This document shows, in pieces, positions 10,613-19,948 of a stretch of DNA of 64,000 nucleotides. Made by a program: the position numbers and the translations under genes. The stretch's first letter is position 1, and each line of letters starts with the position of its first letter. Below the pieces are notes generated by a model that saw only the letters and a list, made by a program, of their open reading frames with translations, searched no databases and had not been told where the DNA came from. The DNA is from Opitutales bacterium (GTDB lineage: Bacteria; Verrucomicrobiota; Verrucomicrobiia; Opitutales; T3Sed10-336): NCBI GenBank assembly GCA_007130045.1, contig SLTG01000041.1, forward strand, positions 641 to 64,640. The letters are read 5' to 3'.

Positions 10613-12013
10613 ATGTCGGACAACCAATTCGATCTCATCGTCGTCGGGGCCGGACCCGGCGGTTACGTCGCAGCAATCCGCGCGTCCCAGCTCGGATTAA
10701 AGACCGCGTTGGTGGAGAAGCGCAAGACCCTCGGCGGCACCTGCCTCAACATCGGGTGCATCCCCAGCAAGGCCCTGCTCCATTCCACCGAGATTTACCA
10801 CTTTCTCGATGAGAAAGCCCGGGAACATGGAATCAAGACCGGGTCGCTCGAAATCGACGTCCCGGCCCTGATGAAGAAAAAAGACGCGGTCGTCGGCAAC
10901 CTGGTCAAAGGGGTGGGCACCCTCGTTTCGAAAAAGGGCGTGACGGTGTTCCACGGAGCCGGCCGCCTCAAGGATCGCAATACCGTCTTGGTCGATGGTG
11001 AGACGAACGAAACGCTGACCGGCAAACACATCATCCTCGCCACCGGATCCGCCGTCGCCGAGCTCCCCTCGCTCAAGATCGACGGGAAGTCCATTGTATC
11101 CAGCGATCACGCCATCGCATTCGATTCCGTTCCCAGGAAATTTGTCGTTGTCGGAGGCGGAGCGATCGGCCTCGAACTGGGCGCGGTTTGGGCTCGCCTG
11201 GGAAGCGAGGTCACCGTCGTAGAGTTTCTTCCGCGAATCGCCTCCACATTCGATGCGGATATCTCCAAAACGCTTGAACGCATATTGAAGAAACAGGGAA
11301 TCCGGATCCAAACCGGAACCAAAGTGACGGGCGTCAAGAAGCAAAAGAACAAACTGATCGTCACCGCCGAATCAAACGGTTCCGCAAAGGAGTTCGAGGC
11401 AGACAAGGTCCTCGTCGCGGTCGGACGGAAACCCTATACAGAAGGGCTGGGACTTGAAGAGATCGGGATCGAACTCGACGACAAAAAACGGGTGAAGACC
11501 GACGAACATTTCCGCACCAACGTCGAGAACATCCACGCGATCGGCGATATTGTTTCGGGACCGATGCTCGCCCACAAAGCAGAGGAGGAGGGCGTTGCCG
11601 TGGCCGAAATCATCGCCGGCAAACCCGGCCACGTTAACTACGACGTGATCCCCAACGTGATCTACACCGACCCGGAGGTGGCAAGCGCCGGGATGGGCGA
11701 AGACGAAGCCGGGGAGAAACGGATCAAGGTCAACGTTGGGAAATTTCCCCTGGCCGCAAACGGGCGAGCACTGGCGATCGACGCGACCGACGGCATCGTC
11801 AAAGTGATCGCCTCGGCCGATACCGACCGGGTGCTTGGAGTCCAGATTATCGGCAGAAATGCCTCCGAATTCATCTCCGGAGCGGTCGCTCATATGGAAT
11901 ACGGCGGGAGCGCCGAGGACATCGCACGCACCGTACACGCTCACCCCACGGTATCCGAGTGCCTGAAGGAAGCCGCGCTGGCCGTGGACAAACGCGCCAT
12001 TCATTCGATTTGA
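10613..12013 (+). CDS. lpdA: Dihydrolipoyl dehydrogenase (E3)
   Basis: FAD site VVGAGPGGY, redox disulfide [14 protein letters not shown]-terminal HAHPTVSE. Confidence 0.95.
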   Translation: MSDNQFDLIVVGAGPGGYVAAIRASQLGLKTALVEKRKTLGGTCLNIGCIPSKALLHSTEIYHFLDEKAREHGIKTGSLEIDVPALMKKKDAVVGNLVKGVGTLVSKKGVTVFHGAGRLKDRNTVLVDGETNETLTGKHIILATGSAVAELPSLKIDGKSIVSSDHAIAFDSVPRKFVVVGGGAIGLELGAVWARLGSEVTVVEFLPRIASTFDADISKTLERILKKQGIRIQTGTKVTGVKKQKNKLIVTAESNGSAKEFEADKVLVAVGRKPYTEGLGLEEIGIELDDKKRVKTDEHFRTNVENIHAIGDIVSGPMLAHKAEEEGVAVAEIIAGKPGHVNYDVIPNVIYTDPEVASAGMGEDEAGEKRIKVNVGKFPLAANGRALAIDATDGIVKVIASADTDRVLGVQIIGRNASEFISGAVAHMEYGGSAEDIARTVHAHPTVSECLKEAALAVDKRAIHSI

Positions 12014-12110
12014 TTCGCGTCGATCATTCACACGCCGCCAAGGCGGGCGCCGCGCCGGACAGGTGGGGAGGACGGGTGGAAAACGGCGTCGTTACCGCGC
12101 GTTGCTGAAG

Positions 12111-13730
12111 TTATTGACCGACGGCTTCCTTCTCGATGCGGTCGATGTATTCGCTGACGTTGCAGGTCAGCATGCGGCTGCCGTCGGGACGGACCTCAAG
12201 GACTTTGTTGACGACGGGGTCGAGGAAGTCGCGATCGTGACTGACCAGGATGACCGTGCCGTTGAACAGGTTGATCGCATCCTGAAGGACCGACTTGCTG
12301 CGGATGTCGAGGTGGTTGGTGGGCTCGTCGAGGATCACGCAGTTCGCCGGGCGCATGAGCATCTTGGCGAGGGCGACGCGGTTGCGTTCGCCGCCGGACA
12401 GCACCTCGACCGGTTTCTTCTGCTCGCCGCCGCTGAAGAGGAGAGCGCCCAGGGCGCCGCGCGGATTGGCGTCGGGGTGGTCGATCGCGGCCGCTTCAAC
12501 TTCCTCAAGCACCGTTTTTCGAGGGTCGAGTTCCTCAGCCTGTTGCTGGGCGAAGTACCCGAAAACCGTATTCACGCCGCAATCACGCTCGCCTTCGTCG
12601 ATGGGCTCGACTCCGGCCAGAATCCGCGCGAGCGTCGATTTACCCGCCCCGTTGACGCCCACCACCGCAATGCGGTCTCCCTTGTCGATACGCAGGTCGA
12701 GGCCGTTGAAAACCTTGATATCTCCGTAGGCTTTGTGGACGCCTTTCAACTCGACGACCTTCTTGCTGGCGGGCGGCGGTTCGGGAAAGCGGAAGAAGAT
12801 TTTTTTCTCCTCGCGTTCGGGTTCGATGATTTCGATTTTATCCAGTTGCTTGATGCGGCTCTGCACCATGCTCGCCTTCTTCTGATTGGACCGGAACCGG
12901 TTGATGAATTCTTTCTGGCGGGCGAATTCTTTCTTTTGCTCGGCCGCTTTTCTGCGTTGGGTGGCGATGCGCTCGGCGCTTTCCTTTTCGTAGAAACCGT
13001 AATTGCCCGAGTAGGTGTTGAGTCTGCCGAGCTTGAGTTCGAATGTTCTGGTCGTGACCGTGTTGAGGAACGCCCTGTCGTGGGAAATGATCATCAGGGC
13101 GCCGCGGTAATTCTTCAAATACTGCTCCAGCCAATGCTGGGAGAGGATATCGAGGTGGTTGGTGGGCTCGTCCAGCAGCAGGAGCGACGGTGTTTGCAGC
13201 AGGAGCTTGCCCAGCGCGATCCGCATCTGCCAGCCGCCGGAGAATTCGCCGGTGTCCCTTTGCATGTCCTCGTGGGAAAACCCGAGCCCGTGCAGGATCC
13301 GTTCGATCCGTGATTTCATTTTTTCCGGTTCGTGGTCCTCAAGCTGGTGCTCCCATTCGCCGATGCTGTCGATCAGTTCGTAGTACTCTTCGCCGGACGG
13401 ATCCAGTTCGTACATTCGTTCCGTGGCGGCGTCGATTTTATTCTGGAGTGTGAGCGCGTCGGCGAACGCCGATTCCGCTTCAGTGTACAGGGTTCCGCCC
13501 TTCGAGGAAATGCCGTCCTGCGGGAGGTAGCCGAGTGTGACAAAATCCGGCTTCTCAATCTCTCCGGCAGGCGGTTCCACTTCTCCGAGCAACATTTTGA
13601 AGAATGTGGATTTACCCGAGCCGTTCACGCCTACCAGGCCGATCCTGTCGTGCTGACCGATGGCGGCGGAGATTTCATTGAACAGCGCGCGCTCCCCGTA
13701 AGTGAGAGAAATTTTGTTAAGATTGATCAT
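12111..13730 (-). CDS. ABC-F family ATPase (two ABC domains, no transmembrane domain)
   Basis: Walker A motifs GLVGVNGSGKST and AVVGVNGAGKST, signatures LSGGWQMR and LSGGERNR, charged inter-domain linker. ATG at 13730 (MINLNKISL) is preferred to the longer ORF. Confidence 0.9.
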   Translation of the reverse strand: MINLNKISLTYGERALFNEISAAIGQHDRIGLVGVNGSGKSTFFKMLLGEVEPPAGEIEKPDFVTLGYLPQDGISSKGGTLYTEAESAFADALTLQNKIDAATERMYELDPSGEEYYELIDSIGEWEHQLEDHEPEKMKSRIERILHGLGFSHEDMQRDTGEFSGGWQMRIALGKLLLQTPSLLLLDEPTNHLDILSQHWLEQYLKNYRGALMIISHDRAFLNTVTTRTFELKLGRLNTYSGNYGFYEKESAERIATQRRKAAEQKKEFARQKEFINRFRSNQKKASMVQSRIKQLDKIEIIEPEREEKKIFFRFPEPPPASKKVVELKGVHKAYGDIKVFNGLDLRIDKGDRIAVVGVNGAGKSTLARILAGVEPIDEGERDCGVNTVFGYFAQQQAEELDPRKTVLEEVEAAAIDHPDANPRGALGALLFSGGEQKKPVEVLSGGERNRVALAKMLMRPANCVILDEPTNHLDIRSKSVLQDAINLFNGTVILVSHDRDFLDPVVNKVLEVRPDGSRMLTCNVSEYIDRIEKEAVGQ

Positions 13731-13940
13731 ACTGCTGAAAACCGGGTGGAGCGTCCGTATTCCAAGAACCATCGCACCCATCCTTGAAACCGTCAAAGTG
13801 AACAAATCGCAGCGCTCGCGTCAACCCCCAGGGGTGGAAAGTCACGCGCCGTTCATGATGCCGATCGACCCCATGCGAATCCGTCGCGTGCCGGGCGGTC
13901 TTAATGGAAAAGACAAAAAGGAAGGGCCGGGCGCCGAAGA

Positions 13941-14969
13941 TCACAGGATATAACTCAAAACCGTGACAATCAGGTAAGCGCCGACGAGAACCGCCCCCAC
14001 GGCGCGCCCAAGGGACTCTCGAGAAAAAAAGAACCCTATGCGCAGGACAAAGAATATGAAGAGAATGGCGGGGAAATAGAGGACGAAAAATATTCCCGTC
14101 GTGGCGAGGCCTCCGGGGGTCAGAGCGGCCGCCGCGCCGGAGACCAAGAGGACATTGAGGATATCGGCTCCAATAACATTGCCGATGGCCAGGTCTCCGT
14201 GCCCTTTGCGCGCCGCGGTCAAGGCGGTCATGAGTTCCGGAAGAGACGTTCCCAAAGCGACGAGAGTCGCGCCGATGATGGCATCCGGCACGCCCAGGCG
14301 TCCGGCACTTTCCTCGATTGACGGAATCAGGATCTGGGCGGTGATCAGGACGAGCGCGATTCCGAGAGACATTTTGAGCAGAATACGATGCACGGTTTTG
14401 GAATCGGCCTGAAAGGCATCTTCATTCCCGGCTTTGGACCTCGCACTCGCCTGCCTTGTCCATTGCACGGAAAGGAACAAATAAGCTGCCAGCAGTACAA
14501 GAAAAAACATCCCGATTCCCCTCGGAAGCCGGCCGCCCTCGACAAAAACGCTTCCGAGATTGCTGAACGGAAGGCAGGCCAGAACGAGCAGAACACCGGC
14601 GCCCACCTGGATCCACCCCTGGCGGTTGACAACCGAACGGGTAATGGGCAGTGGAGCGACGAGAGCCGCAAGGCCAAGGATCAGGCCGGAATTACAGATG
14701 ATCGAGCCGACACTGTTGCCCATGGCCAGACCCGGGTTCCCTTTTGCCGCTGCAAATACGGATACCGCCACCTCGGGAAGCGTGGTACCGATACTGACGA
14801 TCGTGACCCCGATCACCATTTTCGATACCCCCCAATTCAACGAAAGACTAACCGCTTCACAAACAAGGATATCCGCACCTTTGGCCAGGTAATACAAACT
14901 GACCGCGACGATGATAAACAGGAAAGGAAGCGGCAATCCGTTTACCCATTGGCGAATCAGTTCTTCCAT
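13941..14969 (-). CDS. Calcium/sodium antiporter (CaCA family, YrbG-like)
   Basis: Polytopic membrane protein with two alpha-repeats: GTTLPEVAVS...GNSVGSIICN and GTSLPELMTA...GNVIGADILN. Confidence 0.9.
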   Translation of the reverse strand: MEELIRQWVNGLPLPFLFIIVAVSLYYLAKGADILVCEAVSLSLNWGVSKMVIGVTIVSIGTTLPEVAVSVFAAAKGNPGLAMGNSVGSIICNSGLILGLAALVAPLPITRSVVNRQGWIQVGAGVLLVLACLPFSNLGSVFVEGGRLPRGIGMFFLVLLAAYLFLSVQWTRQASARSKAGNEDAFQADSKTVHRILLKMSLGIALVLITAQILIPSIEESAGRLGVPDAIIGATLVALGTSLPELMTALTAARKGHGDLAIGNVIGADILNVLLVSGAAAALTPGGLATTGIFFVLYFPAILFIFFVLRIGFFFSRESLGRAVGAVLVGAYLIVTVLSYIL

Positions 14970-15425
14970 GATTAAGTTAAAGCCTATCCCTTCGTCAGTT
15001 CCAAGCTTTCAATCGCCTGCCGGGTATCGTCAAAGACCTTCAGCGTCAGGGACTGGTCGTCGATCATGATCGCGCCATTAATACATTGTCCGCGGACGGT
15101 CGTTCCCCTCCGCCAACCGGAGCCGCCTCCACAACGCAACATCGGGGAGAAGTTGAAGTTTTCCGACAACAACCTGGAAAAGGCGTTGTCTTACTGGCTT
15201 GACCGGAGTCAACTGCCGTTATGTTTATAATCAGCGCCGGCGTCAGAACTCAGGTTCTCCTCCGATGCGACTCGTCTATGAAAATGCAAGCTCACCTTAT
15301 TTCAACGCACGTTTCGGCCTGGCACGCTTTCTCTGCCGATCCTCTTGCGGCCGACAGGGGATTCGACGGGTGGCGGAACGCCCGGGAATTCGAACGATCC
15401 GCTATCCTTCGATTGAAGAATTGAG

Positions 15426-15444
15426 GCGGCCGCATCCCGGCCGC
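15426..15444 (+). promoter_or_regulatory. All-GC hairpin 8 nt upstream of the lipoprotein-operon start codon
   Basis: GCGGCCG-CATCC-CGGCCGC, a perfect 7-bp stem, followed by ACCCGCTT-ATG (15453). Confidence 0.2.
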
Positions 15445-15452
15445 ACCCGCTT

Positions 15453-16925
15453 ATGGGATCCGATTCCGTCCATTTTAGAAAAAGCGGCGTGACCGCGTCA
15501 CGATTCGGACCTGTCGCCGCGCGGGGAATCGCTTTCGCGCTGTTCGTTTTGTCCCTCCTTGCCGGGGGATGCGCGAGCTATTCCCGTCAATCCTCATCCC
15601 TGAACAGCGCATGGGAATCCGCAAACGTGGACCGTGCGGCGCGTATCGCCACCAGCGCGGCGGAACGGAAACGAGGCTCGCGCGACAGGGTGCTCTGGCT
15701 GCTGGAGCAAGGCGCCGCCCTCCGGGCCGCCGGAGAATTCGAGGAAAGCAATCGGGCGTTTGAAGACGCGGCGGTCCGAATCAGCGAGTACGAAGAACGT
15801 GCGCAGGTTCGCGTCGGAGTCGCGGCGGCGGCGGCGGTCACCAACCTGAACGCCCTTCCCTACGAAGGCTACGCCTACGACCGCATCATGCTGCACACCT
15901 ACAAGGCCCTGAATTACCTGGCTCTCGGGGAACCGGAAAACGCGCGGGTCGAACTGAACCGCGCCTATCAGCGCCAGCAGGATGCCGTGCAGCGTAACGC
16001 CCGCCGCATCGAACAAGCGCGCGAGGAGGCGGGCGAGCAGGTCGGCGACGACGGAATCGACGTGAATCGTACGATTAGCGACACCAGCCTGCAACGACAA
16101 CTCGACGAACGTTACGCGCACCTTCAGGACCTGGCTTATTACGCCGACTACGTCAATCCGCTCGCCGTGTATCTCGACGGCCTTTACTTTCTGGGGCACC
16201 CCTGGAGCGACGCCTCCGACCTCGAACGCGCCCGAGTGTCGCTTGAACGCGTCGCGGGCATGATCCGGGACACCGATTACATCCGCGAGGACATCGACCG
16301 GATTCACGATCGGCTGCAGGGGGGTCGAATGTCGCCGACAACCTACGTTTTATTTGAGACCGGCCGCGGCCCCACCCGCGACGAAGTGCGCATCGATCTG
16401 CCCCTTTGGGGATTCTCCAGGGACGTCCCCTACATCGGCGCCGCCTTTCCGGACATGCGCTTCCGCGCCCGCCACGAACCCCGCCTGACAGTCCTTACGA
16501 ACGAAGGAAATCATCAAACGGTTCGCCTGGCGAGCATGGACAGCATAGTGGCGCAGGAGTTTCGGAACGAAATGCCCGTGGTGATCGCCAAAACTCTCGC
16601 GGCGACCGCGACGAAGGCAACCGCCCAATACGCGCTCACCGAGGCGACCAAAGATGCGGGGTTTGCTGGCGCATTGATCCGGGTCGGAGGCATCGTTTAC
16701 CAGATTGCGACGAATCAGGCCGATCTCCGCTCCTGGCACACCCTTCCAAAGGAGTTTCAGTTGTGCAGCTTTGCGACCCCCGAGAATCGCAGAATCACCG
16801 TCAGCACTCCTTACTCTGCCCGCAACATTGAAGTTGAGCTTGGGGAAGGAATCGTTAATGTAGTCTATGTAAAGTCAATCAGTCGCGGCACGCCTCTGAT
16901 CGTTAATCAATTCACACTACAATGA
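15453..16925 (+). CDS. Uncharacterised lipoprotein with helical-repeat (TPR-like) N-terminal half
   Basis: Signal peptide plus lipobox-like LLAGGC|AS. 490 aa. Its stop overlaps (ATGA) the start of the YcfL-like gene. Confidence 0.7.
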   Translation: MGSDSVHFRKSGVTASRFGPVAARGIAFALFVLSLLAGGCASYSRQSSSLNSAWESANVDRAARIATSAAERKRGSRDRVLWLLEQGAALRAAGEFEESNRAFEDAAVRISEYEERAQVRVGVAAAAAVTNLNALPYEGYAYDRIMLHTYKALNYLALGEPENARVELNRAYQRQQDAVQRNARRIEQAREEAGEQVGDDGIDVNRTISDTSLQRQLDERYAHLQDLAYYADYVNPLAVYLDGLYFLGHPWSDASDLERARVSLERVAGMIRDTDYIREDIDRIHDRLQGGRMSPTTYVLFETGRGPTRDEVRIDLPLWGFSRDVPYIGAAFPDMRFRARHEPRLTVLTNEGNHQTVRLASMDSIVAQEFRNEMPVVIAKTLAATATKATAQYALTEATKDAGFAGALIRVGGIVYQIATNQADLRSWHTLPKEFQLCSFATPENRRITVSTPYSARNIEVELGEGIVNVVYVKSISRGTPLIVNQFTLQ

Positions 16926-17362
16926 AACGCATATCTCTCCTTCGTCCCCTTGCCGTCGCCTTCGCCGGCGCCCTCCTGCTGTTCGCGACCGGCTGCCGGA
17001 CGTCGTCGGTCGACACAATCCAGCGGGCCGAACCCAGAGCTCAGCCCACGGTGGTCGAGGACGAGCGCATCGCCACCGACCGCAGTCTCGGCCGTATCGT
17101 CGAAGTCCGCAGTGTCAACGAAGCCATGGTCAACAACGACCTTCTTCGGGTCCAGGTCGAGCTGCGCAATACCCGCCGGGCCCTTCAACGCTTCAACTAC
17201 CAGTTCGAATGGTTCGACGAAGAAGGGATGCTGATCCAACAGGCGACCACCCCCTGGCGGGCCCTCCAGGTGGAGGGGGGAGAGATCGTCACCATCAGCG
17301 GAGTCGCGCCCAATTCCCGGGTCGTCGATTTTCGCCTGAAGCTTATGACTTCGGTCCGTTAG
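16922..17362 (+). CDS. YcfL-family lipoprotein (DUF1425-like)
   Basis: Lipobox LLFATGC. The beta-rich body LLRVQVELRNTRRALQRFNYQFEWFDEEGM...W..LQVEGGE matches my memory of YcfL proteins. Confidence 0.7.
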   Translation: MKRISLLRPLAVAFAGALLLFATGCRTSSVDTIQRAEPRAQPTVVEDERIATDRSLGRIVEVRSVNEAMVNNDLLRVQVELRNTRRALQRFNYQFEWFDEEGMLIQQATTPWRALQVEGGEIVTISGVAPNSRVVDFRLKLMTSVR

Positions 17363-17420
17363 CTGTCCGCTCGGCCTCGCGTACTTTCCTGAAAATATTT
17401 GCGAACCACAGTCCACCAAT

Positions 17421-18092
17421 ATGGGTCTCACACAACAACCAATTCCACAACCTTCCGTCTCCATGGAAACCAAATCCAATCGCAACTCCACACGATTCCT
17501 CCTCCGGCTCCTGACGCCTTTCGGGCTGGGTCTGCTGGTCCTGACCGCCTCCACCGGCTGTCGTTCGGCCGGCTACGTGGATCCGGGCGGACCCCGGACC
17601 ATCGTCACGCTCGACGATATCAACATCCAGGACTGGAACGAAGCGGCCGACCGAATGATCGACTCGTTGCTCATCTCCGGCGTTCTGGACCGGGCTCCGG
17701 AACAACCGTCGGTGATGGCGGTCAGCCGAATCGTCAACAACACCAGCATCCAGGTGGACACGAATATGCTTACCGGAAAGATTCGGCGCGACCTGAACCA
17801 GAGCGGCAAAGTCCTCACTACCACGACCATCGGACTGGGCGGCGCCGAAGATCCACTCGCCGAGGACGAACGGATGTACCAGGAGTTCCTTGAGGACCGT
17901 CCCACCGAACAACGGCGCCCGTATTTCACCCTTTCCGGACGAATCATGGAGGACCAGGTTCGCGCGGGACGAACACGCCAGACGACCTACATTTTTCAAC
18001 TGGCGATGACCGAAGTCAGTTCCGGCCTCGCCGTCTGGGAAGACGAAGTCCAGATCACCAAGCAGGGAACGAGATCGGCCATCGGCTGGTGA
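17421..18092 (+). CDS. LpoB-fold lipoprotein (penicillin-binding protein activator LpoB family-like)
   Basis: Lipobox LTASTGC. DWNEAADRMIDSLL...VMAVSRIVNNTS...IRRDLNQSGKV...YFTLSGRI...FQLAMTEVSSGLAVWEDEVQITKQG parallels E. coli LpoB (DWNGAMQPMV..LLVDSVNNRT...LMLVQTGEIIWSGKG). Alternative start ATG at 17463. Confidence 0.7.
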   Translation: MGLTQQPIPQPSVSMETKSNRNSTRFLLRLLTPFGLGLLVLTASTGCRSAGYVDPGGPRTIVTLDDINIQDWNEAADRMIDSLLISGVLDRAPEQPSVMAVSRIVNNTSIQVDTNMLTGKIRRDLNQSGKVLTTTTIGLGGAEDPLAEDERMYQEFLEDRPTEQRRPYFTLSGRIMEDQVRAGRTRQTTYIFQLAMTEVSSGLAVWEDEVQITKQGTRSAIGW

Positions 18093-18185
18093 CGCCGGCC
18101 GGCGATGCAGGCGCCACGTGACTCATGCCTGTTAACGGAGAGAGCGCCCGTGATCATCGGGTGATTTCACGATACGCCCCGGCGC

Positions 18186-18299
18186 TCAGGCCTTTTTCTT
18201 CCGTCCGGAATGCATTTGAGTTTTCGCCAGTTCTTTGCGGCGTTCCAGGTACGCCTTGCGACGACGGCGTTTGATCTCCTTGTTGTATTGTTTTCCCAT
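18186..18299 (-). CDS. Candidate 37-aa highly basic micro-protein (not in the supplied ORF track)
   Basis: My own translation is MGKQYNKEIKRRRRKAYLERRKELAKTQMHSGRKKKA followed by a stop. 16 of 37 residues are K/R. An SD-like AGGAAG (18308-18313) lies 8 nt upstream of the ATG. The two longer same-strand ORFs here (18154..18396, 18167..18373) are in other frames and look like noise. Confidence 0.35.
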   Translation of the reverse strand: MGKQYNKEIKRRRRKAYLERRKELAKTQMHSGRKKKA

Positions 18300-18601
18300 G
18301 ACCCAATCTTCCTAATGGATACCGGACGAAGGTCAACTCCGGTTTTCGGACGTCGCTTACGGGTATGCGACATGGGAGGTGGTGGAATCCGAGCACATTC
18401 CGGTGGTACAGGATTCCGGATTATACCCGTTCGCCCAGGAACGGGCGTATTTGAGGCACTCCGTCTTTGCCAAGCCGACGGCGTGACTTATCACGGCGGA
18501 CACATTCCACCGACCGACGCACTGACGCACCGACGCACCGTGATGCAATCCGGACGAAACCGGACTTGCTCCGCGGGCTGCGGTCATCCACCCTCGAAAT
18601 A

Positions 18602-19042
18602 ATGAATAAACGCATTTTTCCTGAACGAACAGAGAAGACCGAAATCGAAGAGGGCGATCTACTGCGACCGAAGTTCGACGAAAACGGTTTGATTCCTTCC
18701 ATCACGGTCGATGCGACTTCGGGCGACATCCTCATGGTCGCCTTCATGAACGAAGAAGCGCTGAGGCTCACCCTGGAAACACGCAAAGCGACCTACTACA
18801 GCCGGAGCCGGAAAAAACTCTGGATCAAGGGCGAGGAATCCGGCCTGGTCCAAAAAGTCAAAGAGGTTTACGTCGATTGCGATCAAGACGTCGTCATGAT
18901 CAAAGTCGAGGTGACCGGTGAAGGCTGCTGTCACCAGGGCTTTCGCTCCTGTTTTTACCGAAAGGTATCCGATCCGAAGACCTTCCGCCTGGAGTTCACC
19001 CAGGATCGCGTTTTCGACCCGAAGGCGGTATATAAAAAGTAG
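18602..19042 (+). CDS. hisI: Phosphoribosyl-AMP cyclohydrolase (monofunctional HisI)
   Basis: ATG at 18602 (MNKRIFPE). GLIPSITVDATSGDILMVAFMNEEAL...YYSRSRKKLWIKGEESG...VDCDQDVVMIKVEV..GEGCCHQGFRSCF. No fused HisE part. Confidence 0.9.
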   Translation: MNKRIFPERTEKTEIEEGDLLRPKFDENGLIPSITVDATSGDILMVAFMNEEALRLTLETRKATYYSRSRKKLWIKGEESGLVQKVKEVYVDCDQDVVMIKVEVTGEGCCHQGFRSCFYRKVSDPKTFRLEFTQDRVFDPKAVYKK

Positions 19043-19369
19043 GCGGCAGCCACCGCGATACCCCCTGCTGCCGGTCGTAATTGCGGCGTCAGAAAAGCCG
19101 CCGGAATCCAAACCGATACACTGTCCTCCGAATCAGGCGGGATCTCCGTAAAATTAATGTAAACTTTTGCTTGGAATCCTGCGCGGATTGGCTTAAGAAT
19201 TCCGCAGAATCAACCTCTGTTCCTAATGACCCGTCCGATGGCGTTGGATGATGTTCATTATCCCAACCCGCACGGCGGGCCATTACCCGGCGGTCGCATC
19301 CCGGAAGCGTAATTCATCCCCCGGGGGTCCCGCAAAACACCTCTTTTTCTCCCCCACCCGTTCCCGACA

Positions 19370-19921
19370 ATGCATCAAAAAAAGCCCATACCTTCAGCCG
19401 ATTCCCGGCGGCGCGGGAAACCGAATCATCGCGACGTCACCGCCCGGAACGGTTTCACCCTCCTGGAAATCATGATCGCGGTACTCGTCATCGGTCTTCT
19501 CGCGGCGATCGCCATTCCCGTGGTTCGCAATGTTCGCCGGACGGCGATGGAAACGATCGTCGACAACGACGCACGGGTTCTGGCGATGGCGGCGCAGGAC
19601 TGGTTTCTTTCGGCGGGCAATGCCGAGTTTGACTTCAACTATTTCCGGCGAACGGGCGATATTCGCTCCTCCCAGCACTGGTTCTCGGAAGAGCGAAGCG
19701 CATTCAATCCACTGGCCGACGGAATCAGCGCGAACTACACGAGCATCAACGGCGTATCCACCGAAGGCCAAAGCCATTGGTCGCGCCGGATCGTCCTCGA
19801 AGTCGATGAATACTTCTCCATGGACCACGAAGGACTTCGATACGACGACGGCGCACTGCGGTGGTACACCCCTGAAGGACAGTTCGCCGCGATCGCCGAG
19901 GACAATCCGGACGGGGATTGA
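19370..19921 (+). CDS. Prepilin-type N-terminal cleavage/methylation domain protein (pseudopilin/pilin-like)
   Basis: G|FTLLEIMIAVLVIGLLAAIAIP class III signal motif preceded by an unusually long basic leader of about 27 aa. Small globular C-terminal part. Confidence 0.8.
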   Translation: MHQKKPIPSADSRRRGKPNHRDVTARNGFTLLEIMIAVLVIGLLAAIAIPVVRNVRRTAMETIVDNDARVLAMAAQDWFLSAGNAEFDFNYFRRTGDIRSSQHWFSEERSAFNPLADGISANYTSINGVSTEGQSHWSRRIVLEVDEYFSMDHEGLRYDDGALRWYTPEGQFAAIAEDNPDGD

Positions 19922-19948
19922 GTAAGGCTGGCTGTTCGGTGCCCTATT

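Noticed and set aside
12063-13313. 416-aa plus-strand ORF
   Set aside because: It is antisense to the ABC-F ATPase gene. It has repetitive V/D/E/L/G composition and no motifs.
14984-15172. 62-aa ORF just upstream of the antiporter gene
   Set aside because: It has no SD, no recognisable motif and Gly/Arg-rich filler in its first half. It cannot be distinguished from noise.
15199-15231. TTGACC ... TATAAT promoter-like pair
   Set aside because: The hexamers are 21 nt apart, too far for a sigma-70 promoter. Only the -10 hexamer is noteworthy.
18515-18538. Three tandem octamers (CGACGCAC TGACGCAC CGACGCAC) in the hisI upstream spacer
   Set aside because: The repeat is too short and imperfect to call a repeat element or operator. 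It may be chance in GC-rich DNA.
19189-19206. Sigma-54-like promoter TGGCTT-N5-TTCCGCA upstream of the pilin-like gene
   Set aside because: The -12 element reads TTCC instead of TTGC, so the essential GC dinucleotide is not in register. The only bEBP-like regulator in the window lacks GAFTGA. A second look-alike (TGGAATCCTGCGCG) has the wrong spacing.
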